Shown piece after piece: positions 39,224-48,700 of a stretch of 64,000 nt of DNA. The notes below the pieces were generated by a model. The model saw nothing but the letters and a program-made list of their open reading frames with translations. It ran no database searches and was not told where the DNA came from. The translations under genes were made by a program, and so were the position numbers. The DNA lies in IMG/VR virus record IMGVR_UViG_3300050821_024078; one strand, given 5' to 3'. This DNA is from an uncultured virus (IMG/VR IMGVR_UViG_3300050821_024078) (taxonomy: Duplodnaviria > Heunggongvirae > Uroviricota > Caudoviricetes). Numbering within the stretch: position 1 is the stretch's first letter; every line of letters begins with the position of its first letter.

Positions 39224-40851
39224 TATCTTCTATGTTTCTTTTTATCAACTCTCCTAATTGTAGTTCTGTCAACAGTATCTTCTTCGGTAGCTTTATCGAA
39301 ATTCTCAACTGTAATTTTTGATACTTTTTCTTTGATCTCTTTTTTGTAATTATCTAATGATATTTTACCACTATCATACTTTTGCATATAATCAGGAAGT
39401 TCATTTATAGCTTGTTCAATATGTGGATTAACAACCTCATTTTCTCTGAATTCTAATGGTATATTCTTAATAATTTTTTCTCTATCCGTGCCATATGTCT
39501 TCATATAAATATTATATACTTTGATACGAAGTAAAGCATCGTTAGGTATTATCTGGTCCTCCGATTCAACTTTATATTCTTTTGATAATTTATCGTAAAC
39601 TTCTATAGATTTTTTAGGTTCATAATTTACAAATACTTCAACAGTTTTATTACCTTCGGGTCTAGGAGAATTTTTGAAATCTGTTTCAAAATCAGTATAG
39701 TCATCAGATAAATCTATTCCACAACCATAATGTGTAAATTTAATATCAGCAGATGTTATAAAATCTTGTAATTTCTCCTGAACAGCAAAACCTCTATTTA
39801 AACTTAATACGAACATAGCCTTTAACTCGTCTTCTGTATCATATTCTTTTCTATCAACTACTCTTTCAGCATGTCCAACAATCACAATATTTTTTACTTT
39901 ATCACCAGCCTTGTTTATTTTATCAGCGAATGGTTTTAAAATATCATAATAGGCTTCTGTTTTCATAAGGTAGCTATCAGCTAAAAAATCGACAGCGGTC
40001 GGATCGAAAAGGAAATTATACTTGTTGATGTTGTCTTTAGGTTTTTCATTTTCTTTAGGTAAAACTTTAGGATCCGGTGTGATCATATCCGCTGGATATT
40101 TAACACTAAAAATCACTCTTTGATTAAGTAAACGTTTTACACTAGTCTTTTTAAGATTATCTTTACCTAAAGCTGCTATAAGAGCATTTCCGTCTACATT
40201 ATCTCCAAAAATCGCATCTTTATTGTCATCATCCTTACTGTCATTTGTAACAACTAATCTAGTTTCACCATCTGATTTAGCAAAAATATTTTGTACATTA
40301 TACTTTGTAGGATCTATTTCTTTCATAAGAGCATATTTAACAATTCTAGCTCGACGACCACCTAGTTCAAGGTTATAAGAATCTGTTGAATCTGAGCTGC
40401 AACTTCCGATTGCATAAATTTTAATGTTCATATAGGTTCCTGTATTCAATATAGCAGCTAACTGTTTAACTGCTTCTACAGCCTTATCTGGATAATTATC
40501 ACTTACACCTTCTGGTGTTTCTATTTCATTTCTTAATTTAGAAATATAGTCCGTATTTTTATCAAATTTGTTAATTGTAGCATCTCCTTTTTGTGGGTGA
40601 TCATATTTAAATTTGAAAACTGTACCAAAAGTCTTAGACCATTCGGTTAATTTTGAACCAAGTTCACTTATAAGTGCTGGAACTGGTGCTGCTTGTCCTG
40701 ATGAACTAGAATTCGTCTGTTCCGGAACATTAGTTGTAGCTTGTCCAGAAGATCCGGATTGACCACTATTAGTATCAAATGTTGTTGTATTATCTTCGAA
40801 TACTTTAGATTCTAAATATTGATCAATATTTTTGAAAAACTTCAGAGACAT
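39223..40851 (-). CDS. Protein with two OmpA-C-like (peptidoglycan-binding) domains
   Basis: IYAIGSCSSDSTDSYNLELGGRRARIVKYAL...SDGET...NQRV and F.ADSY...IVIVGHAE...LSLNRGFAVQEKL...GCG...NKTVEV. Confidence 0.72.
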   Translation of the reverse strand: MSLKFFKNIDQYLESKVFEDNTTTFDTNSGQSGSSGQATTNVPEQTNSSSSGQAAPVPALISELGSKLTEWSKTFGTVFKFKYDHPQKGDATINKFDKNTDYISKLRNEIETPEGVSDNYPDKAVEAVKQLAAILNTGTYMNIKIYAIGSCSSDSTDSYNLELGGRRARIVKYALMKEIDPTKYNVQNIFAKSDGETRLVVTNDSKDDDNKDAIFGDNVDGNALIAALGKDNLKKTSVKRLLNQRVIFSVKYPADMITPDPKVLPKENEKPKDNINKYNFLFDPTAVDFLADSYLMKTEAYYDILKPFADKINKAGDKVKNIVIVGHAERVVDRKEYDTEDELKAMFVLSLNRGFAVQEKLQDFITSADIKFTHYGCGIDLSDDYTDFETDFKNSPRPEGNKTVEVFVNYEPKKSIEVYDKLSKEYKVESEDQIIPNDALLRIKVYNIYMKTYGTDREKIIKNIPLEFRENEVVNPHIEQAINELPDYMQKYDSGKISLDNYKKEIKEKVSKITVENFDKATEEDTVDRTTIRRVDKKKHRR

Positions 40852-40943
40852 TGTATTTTATTTGGTTTGTATTATATATCAGATAAAGGAAATCTATATT
40901 GATATATAAAATAAGCCCCCTTATATTGAGAAATATATAAGAC

Positions 40944-40975
40944 AAAAGTCCTCATTACGAGGACTTTTTATTTTT
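40944..40975 (+). terminator. Terminator hairpin within a divergent intergenic region
   Basis: AAAAGTCCTC-attac-GAGGACTTTTT. Confidence 0.7.
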
Positions 40976-41049
40976 AAAACTTTTAGGTTATTTGAATATA
41001 AACTTCTATTTTTATGAAACAAAAAGTTTAATAATCCGTTAAATACAAT

Positions 41050-41802
41050 ATGAAGAATCTCAAAATATACATATTATTGATTTTAATTACATTATTGTTA
41101 GCTTTTCAAGCTTCGGCTAATTTTGTTATTGTAAAAGGTGTGAAAGTTTATTTTGAGGCTACATCAGATATGTTTCCTGTTGGATGGCGGAATGAAAATA
41201 TACGGGCAAAAGCTGAAACACCTTCTTTGATAAACAAAGAAGCTTATATTAAAATTATAGAAAATGAGTTAAATAAATATACTGAGACAATTATCAAGAA
41301 TAATATTGATAAAATATACATTGTTAATAATCTTGAATTTTATGGTTCAAAAGTTGCAGGTTCTTATTTTACTGGGAAAGGTGAGAATATTATTTATTTA
41401 AGTATCATACAAGGACAAGATATTATCGATGCTCTTCATCATGAGTTTTTTTCAATAGTATATTATAATAATAAAAATCTATTTCCGAAAGTTGAATGGG
41501 AATCATTAAATAAACTACCTTACTGGAATAATACCTGGGAAGCTGTTAAAGATGATAACATTAAAACTGGGTACCAAACTAAATATGCTGAAGCCGGATT
41601 TATATGTAGTTATGCAAGGACAAGTTTTTCTAATGATATGTCTTCAATGGCTGAAATGTGTTTTTCACCAGGGTCTTATTCTCACATTTATTATAAAAAA
41701 TATGATGTTATACATAAGAAATATGATTTAATTAAAAAATTCTATAAAGCTATTGATAACAGTATTAAATTCCCTGACATGATGGCTGTGGCTGAATTTT
41801 AA
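41050..41802 (+). CDS. Secreted putative zinc-metallopeptidase-like protein
   Basis: Signal peptide; LHHEFF; GFICSYARTSFSNDM. Confidence 0.6.
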   Translation: MKNLKIYILLILITLLLAFQASANFVIVKGVKVYFEATSDMFPVGWRNENIRAKAETPSLINKEAYIKIIENELNKYTETIIKNNIDKIYIVNNLEFYGSKVAGSYFTGKGENIIYLSIIQGQDIIDALHHEFFSIVYYNNKNLFPKVEWESLNKLPYWNNTWEAVKDDNIKTGYQTKYAEAGFICSYARTSFSNDMSSMAEMCFSPGSYSHIYYKKYDVIHKKYDLIKKFYKAIDNSIKFPDMMAVAEF

Positions 41803-41977
41803 TTCGATTATTTATCATATGAGAACATATTTCTACCATCCAATTATTTCTGCGAGCTGCATTATAAGCACCAGCAGAATTTTTAAATAATTCTTTTATA
41901 TTATATTTAAGAGCTTCTTCTTTACATTTATCAAATGTCCAGTAACCATTTGGTTTCCTCTCTTTTATTTCACTCAT
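41765..41977 (-). CDS. Stand-alone homing-endonuclease-associated DNA-binding repeat
   Basis: KPNGYWTFDKCKEEALKY...SAGAYNAARRNNWMVEICSHM resembles SSAYSSARQNGWLEEICSHM in ORF 52828. Confidence 0.6.
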   Translation of the reverse strand: MSEIKERKPNGYWTFDKCKEEALKYNIKELFKNSAGAYNAARRNNWMVEICSHMINNRIKIQPQPSCQGI

Positions 41978-42029
41978 ATTTTATATATGAGTGATTCGTC
42001 ATTTCATCATATAAAAAATTCACACAAAA

Positions 42030-42061
42030 TTTGTATATAACACAAATATTTTTTACATTTG
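42030..42061 (+). promoter_or_regulatory. Bacteroidota-type promoter
   Basis: TTTG-N20-TACATTTG. Confidence 0.7.
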
Positions 42062-42241
42062 AGTTCTATTACATCTTATAAATGTGAATTATGTTTAACC
42101 TAAAACTTACCACTATGAAAAAATATTAAAAAGTAGAGGCTTATTATTCACCAGGTGAATAGCCTCATTTCGGTTATTATGATTATATACTGAGTCAATA
42201 AAATTATAAAAAAGAGTCCCACATATTGTAGGGACTCTTTT
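42062..42241 (+). ncRNA. Candidate small RNA or attenuator leader
   Basis: Promoter, then a mini-ORF (42091-42129), a hairpin (42136-42166) and a terminator (42210-42241), all before the yqeY-like gene. Confidence 0.4.
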
Positions 42242-42257
42242 AGTAAACAACAAACAA

Positions 42258-42716
42258 ATGAAAATATCAGAAAAAATTGAAATAGATCTAAAATCAGCTA
42301 CTCTTAATAAAGATGAGCCTTTGAAAGCAACCCTTCGAAATATCAAGGCTAAATTTTTAGAAGCTATTAAAAATAACAAGAATCAATCTCTTGATGAGTC
42401 TAACGAAATGAAAATTTTGGATAAGATGATAAAGGATCGTGAAAAAAGTATTGATATGTGTGCGGGAAAAAATGAACGGGGAGATTTAATTGCAAATAAT
42501 GAAAGAAGAGAAATTGAAGTAATTAAAACATATCTTCCTGAGAAACCAGAACAATTGTCTAGTGAAGAACTTGACACTGTTGTGAGATCTATAATAGAAA
42601 CAGGAAATTATACAAGTGTAAAAGACATGGGTAAAATAATTACCGACTTTAGTAGTAAATATCCAGGACAAGATAAGAGACTTGTTAGTGAAAAAATAAA
42701 ATCATTACTTTCATAA
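42258..42716 (+). CDS. GatB/YqeY-domain protein
   Basis: DLKSA...LRNIKA...KMIKDREKSI...EIEVIKTYLPE..QLS.EEL...KDMGKI. Confidence 0.88.
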   Translation: MKISEKIEIDLKSATLNKDEPLKATLRNIKAKFLEAIKNNKNQSLDESNEMKILDKMIKDREKSIDMCAGKNERGDLIANNERREIEVIKTYLPEKPEQLSSEELDTVVRSIIETGNYTSVKDMGKIITDFSSKYPGQDKRLVSEKIKSLLS

Positions 42717-42756
42717 ATAAAAAAGGCTCTGAAATATTTCAGAGCCTTTTTTATTT
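42715..42756. terminator. Bidirectional terminator (perfect 42-bp palindrome)
   Basis: AAATAAAAAAGGCTCTGAAAT/ATTTCAGAGCCTTTTTTATTT between convergent genes. Confidence 0.85.
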
Positions 42757-45700
42757 TAAGTATCACCGAATTGGCCAGAATCCCATATAGTATTTATTGC
42801 TATCCCCCCAGTAAATACAGCGTTTAAAACCAGTGAGTCCTTCATTATACCGTTGAAAAATTGACCATTCCTAAATACGGATACTACATTAGGTCCATTG
42901 ATATAATCACTATCTGTTCCTGTAGTGTTTGGTAGTATTGATATAAGAGCAACAGGTAAAGTATAATCATAACAATCATTTCCTGAAGTACCTGATGTAC
43001 CACTAGTACTATTAGATAAATCATAAATATTAACATATCCTCTGAATGAATTTGAAATAACATCATATGTAGATACTAAACCTGAAGTTCCAGCTAATAG
43101 AGGATAATATGCTAATAAATAACTACCACCATTTGTTCCAGCAGTTCCCTCATTATAATATGTTGTAATTCCTGAAGTACTGTACAATTGGTAATTTGAC
43201 ATGCTGTCTTCGATCTCTCGACCATTGAGACCACCGTTCCATACTTTTAGTTCATATAGAGCACCTTCAACATTGTCTATATCAATATTACTAATAGTTC
43301 CACTTGTACCATTAGTATATACACCAGAACTCGTTGAAACTAATACATTATTTTTCCATAATTCCTGAACACCATTATATGTTTGAGCTGTTATATAATT
43401 ATATTCTCCTAGATTAATATTTAAACTTAACTCAGATCCAGATACTGTATAAGTTATTTCATTACCATCTAAACTGAGATTAAGTTCTGGGTGATTGATT
43501 AAGTTTTTAGTTTGAATATCTTCAACACTAAACCAAAATTGAACACTATGATCAGATAAATTAAAATTTGTTAAGTGTGTATCAAAATAGTTATGTAGGT
43601 TATAATTTGGATTCAATAATAAAGATGTCTCTGATAGAAGCCTGTCGCCATAATTGTTTTCATTCGCTATAATAATGTAGTCAGGATTTGAACTGTCCAG
43701 AATTATGTGGCTGGCTGGCTCAGAATTATATCCAAAGAATTTAGCACTATTTGTAATAAAACCAAAAGAAGTATTAGGTTCACCAATAATAGTTATAGTG
43801 TTTTGTATAGTAGGATCAAGAAAATCTTTAAATCCATGTGGTTGAGTGAAATCCAGACGAATATGATCATCATCTAAACGATATATTGCTTTTATATTTA
43901 GACTAGACTCAAAGAGACCAAAATGCCATGTTGCATTTGTCCATGTGGAGGCTCCGCTTAGAGTCCCACCATACCAATCACCACCTGTAAATAAAACGTT
44001 TTTAAATGTTGTATATTTATAGCGTGTAGATGGTAAATAATTCCCATTAGAATCTTGATTAATACCATCGAATACAAACCCTCCAGAAAATAATCCTGCC
44101 TCCCATGTGGCTTTAAGTATTGGGCTTGTTGCTGTCCCAAAACGACTAGGTACTGAACTTGTTTGTGACCATAAACCATTGAGCCAGGTACCGTTTCCAA
44201 AGTCACCACCAATCCAAATACCTGAAAACCAAGTACTTGGGAGATTAGAACTACTAAATACACCATTTTGAAATGTACTATTGATAAAACTACCACCCAT
44301 AAAGTTACCTGAAGTCCATATACTATTTTCGAAGCTTCCACCAAACCACTGACCTGAAGTCCATATACTATTTTCGAAGCTTCCACCAAACCACTGACCA
44401 TTATGCCATACTGAATGTACAGTATCAGATTGGAATGTACCACCAAGCCATGTTGAAAGAGTATTATCGTTTGTATCAGTTGCTACATAAATGTTTAAAA
44501 GATCTTGTACTTGGTAAGAATACCAATCTCCTTGAGTCCAAGTACCTGAGTACCAAGTACCTGAGTACCATTTCGAACCACTCCATATACCATCAAACCA
44601 GCTCCCTTGGTACCATATTAATCCAGTTGAATCCTCTCCAATTATAGCATTATCAACTTCAGCATTTAGTATCCATGGATATTTAGTTGTTAATGATTGT
44701 AGTGTTAAACCATCAGTTAATGTAAATGTATAGTTAGTAAAATCAAGACCTGTTAATTGAAACCAATCAGATTGTAAATGATAATTGTAAGGTCTAACAG
44801 TTATACCTTTTTTAGGTTGGAAGTCACGTCCCATCTCAAATGCATCCACTGGTCTATAAGCAAAATTAGGATCATCAAGCCAGTCTATAACATTCATTAC
44901 TACATCACCAGCTTCATCTATACGAACAATTGCTGATATATTTTTTTTAATATTATCATCGTTAAGAAGATAGTTTGCGTATACTCCGCTTGTTTTAGTA
45001 AAATTATAAACCGCCTTATTAAATGGTGATTCGATTACACCATTAGTTCCGAACAAGCCATCTGTAGCTGGAGTAGGAAAAGATATATCATCAGTAAACT
45101 CAAGATCTTTAGATATTTCTATCAATTTATTTCGTGACCTTATAGATACCTGTGTTGTAGTTTCATTTATTAAAATATTTAAGTTTCTATCTACATAAAG
45201 AAGTACTCTTGCATTACCTAAGAAATTTGTTTCATATGTTTTTTTAATAATATAACATCTCTTAATTGTTGTGTTTCCTTTTGTAATATCAACAAAGGTT
45301 CCAGGTAAAAAACTATCTAATAAGTAATAATTACTTGTTAGATCTGTTGGGTCAGAGAAATTTTTAGTAGCATAAAATATGTTGTCAGTTAAAGTAAATT
45401 CATTAGTTGGAAACCCATCTATATTGAATACTTGTGAAGGCATATCTATTTCATAATCATAAGTGAATATCGGATCCAAATTTTCTAAGATATTCATTAT
45501 CTCATAAGTAGGCCCATAGACATTTCCAGATTCGTATTTTATTGGTATACTATAATTACTCACACCGACAGTCCATGTGACAGTAGTCTCAAGATTATAA
45601 TATTTAGTAGTATTATTTACATTACCACTAATAGTAATTACACCTGGTTGATCAATTGTTAAATTATAAGCTTCAGATAATAAGTGATTATCAAAGGTAT

Positions 45701-48700
45701 CTTTAAGAGTAAATAAATTTTGACCTTCGGCTGAGAAGTAATTCGTATTTTTAATTCGTATTTTAGCACCTAGCTGTTGTCCGGAAATAACAGAAGTTGG
45801 ATATTTTATATCAGCGATCATATCTGGTGAGAATTGCTCCCACAAGATTAAATCATTAATATATTGATCTCTAAGTATAACAGTTTCATCAAATATTAAC
45901 CATTCTACAGAGAATACTTCAACACTTGTAGAATAATCAACAAGATTACTTTGAACACTTATAATTGCTAAAGTATCAGTAATTATTCTTTGTGCCAATT
46001 GCTCAGCGGTTAAACCAATGTAATTACCATAAGTACCAACTGATTCCTGACCAAGAAGTCCTACTCCTGGTAACGAGAAGAATCCGTCTGATGATATAGT
46101 AACTATTTCTTCTTGATTAACAATGTTATAAACATACTGACCATCTAAAATATTTTGTTTGATTACAGAATATCTTACGACTAATTGATCTAAGGCGTTT
46201 ATTACATTACCAAGAGATACTTTTAATGCTGGATCTATACCCCAATAGTTTGTAATAGCTGTGATTCTAAGTACATCACCTGAAGCAGCTGTAAAAGGAG
46301 TATTATATAATCTTATTTTATTAACCTTTGTATTTTCATAAAAAATATCTTCTACTAAACCAGCCGGCTCCGAAACAAATTCAGCAGCTGATGATGTTGA
46401 TGCATAAGATCCACTTGTTGGTGGTCCTGGAATTATGAATGTTTCAATAGAATAATTACTTGTGTCTGAAACAGCTGTTAATCTCTTATTATATTTTCTT
46501 GGTGTTTCAACAACCCCGTAAGTATTAAGACCACCGTCTTGTATTCTACGGTTCAATAAATAATAATCTTGTATAGCAAGATAGTTACGTTGATTCTTAA
46601 CTGTTCCGTATTCACTAAATTCGATGAAATCACCAGGAAGCATTTTATAACAATCCAATAATGTTTTATCGAATGTTCCTGTAGGAATAATAAATTCACC
46701 TTCACTAAGTTGGATATTTATTTTACGACCTAAATAATAATCAAGGAATAATAATCTTGGTTTAAAGTGTAATTCTGTTGTAGGATCTATTTCTTGGAAA
46801 TTTAAATCATTTCTTACCCAAGTATCACCGGATCCGGTGAAAAGTTCTGTAGAATATATTTCTTTATCAAATCTGTATAATCTATTATTGTTATAGAAAG
46901 AACCGTTTGATGCTAAATTCGGATAAGTAGTAATAGCTGTTCTAGTAGCCGTATTTACTATTGGATAAATGTTTGTGTTTATTGTAGGAGATATCCTTTC
47001 TAGACTTGCTGTAATAATGTTTCCAGTTGCTGTTAAAGCTATCAATGATGTTTCTTGTGTAACCGGATCCCTTATTATATCAATGTTGTCTAATGAATCA
47101 GGAAGTACATAATTTATATTACTGAAACTGATAAGATTATTTTGATACGTAATATTTAATTGTATAAGGAAATTGTTTGAAGCAAAATAGAAATTATCCT
47201 CGAATAATTTTACATCAATAATGTCTGTAGTGATAGTTGTGTTTTCAATAGTATCTTGATATAAAACATGTATTCTTGTATCGGTTTCACCTGTCACAGA
47301 AGCCAAACTTGCTGGTATTAGAATGTTGTCTATTGTCCAAATGTTATTAATTAATGTTAAATGAAGTATCAATCCACCTTGTCCAGTAATAATAACTCTG
47401 GTTTTTTGATACATTAAAACTTTAAAGAGTGTTTTATTATTTACTTGAGGTAGATTTAATACTTCCCATAGAGTACCACCATTGAATGTGTAAAGTATAA
47501 TACCATTTTTACCAACGATCATACCTTGATTTATATCAAAGAAAGATACATCATTTAGATCGTCTGGAGTAGTTGTAACTAAAACTTCCCAAGTAACACC
47601 GTAGTCTTCTGTTTTTATAATTAAACCACTTTTACCAATAATCCATCCTGTACCACTTAAATTTGGAACAATGTAATTGTTATCATTAAAAGTTTTAGAG
47701 ACATCAAATGTAGTATTGATAAAATCTTCTCTTACAACAGTATTTAGAAGCGTTAAATCACCTGAAGTACCATAATTGTCCGAAAAATGAGAATAGGCAA
47801 CACCGAAGTCGGCAACCCACCACCCTTTTGTTGTCTCATTATAGGTAAGCACATCTTGCCATAATGATATATCATTTAAATTAAGTATATTAAAATATTT
47901 AAGACCTGTAGTATCTGTGGATACAACATCACATTTAAAAGGATCCACAGATTTAATTTCTGTAATAGGATATTTCGTAATATTTGAGAAGGTCACTTTA
48001 TCACTAAATGTTCTTATACCAAATGATAACATAGTCACTCTACTTGCATCACCCAATATCAAATAATCCTTAGAATTATATGAGAAGTAATCTACAGCTA
48101 TTGTAGTAGCGTTTGTTGTTAATAAATGTTCAACACTACTATTTCCACATTTGAATAACTGATATAATCCAGTATTTAAGTCATAAGACCATAGTTCTGC
48201 TGTAGTACCATTATTAACTTTTGATATTACAATTATTCTAGTACCAACAATAGTAATATCTTGTATACTTGAATTGAAATTGAAATATTCTCCGGCACTA
48301 TCGAGTTCAATATTGTTGATATAAAGCTCTTTAATACTATTAACAAGTCTTAATGAAATTGTGTTTGATCCTACGGTCCATGTTTTAATATCACTATTTG
48401 AATGTTCAAACATTGGATAGAATCCTTTATAACTCAAACCTGTATAAGCAGCACTTGGTATTTGTATACCAGCAGCATTATAAGGACTACTAAGAATATG
48501 TAATTCATTTGAATTATCTTCAATATAAACATTAATGAAATCACTAATACTATCACCGTTTATATCTTGATTTGAAATGTACATAGCTGCTACACCATTC
48601 GTTCCCCATGATATACCATTTGTAAGTGTGGTTTGATTAAGAATACTTTCATTATCTCTTAAAATATCATTACCAATTACATAATATATGTGTGTTTCAT

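Noticed and set aside
42113..42379. 88-aa minus-strand ORF across the structured leader
   Set aside because: Overlaps the yqeY-like gene antisense and shows no protein-like motifs
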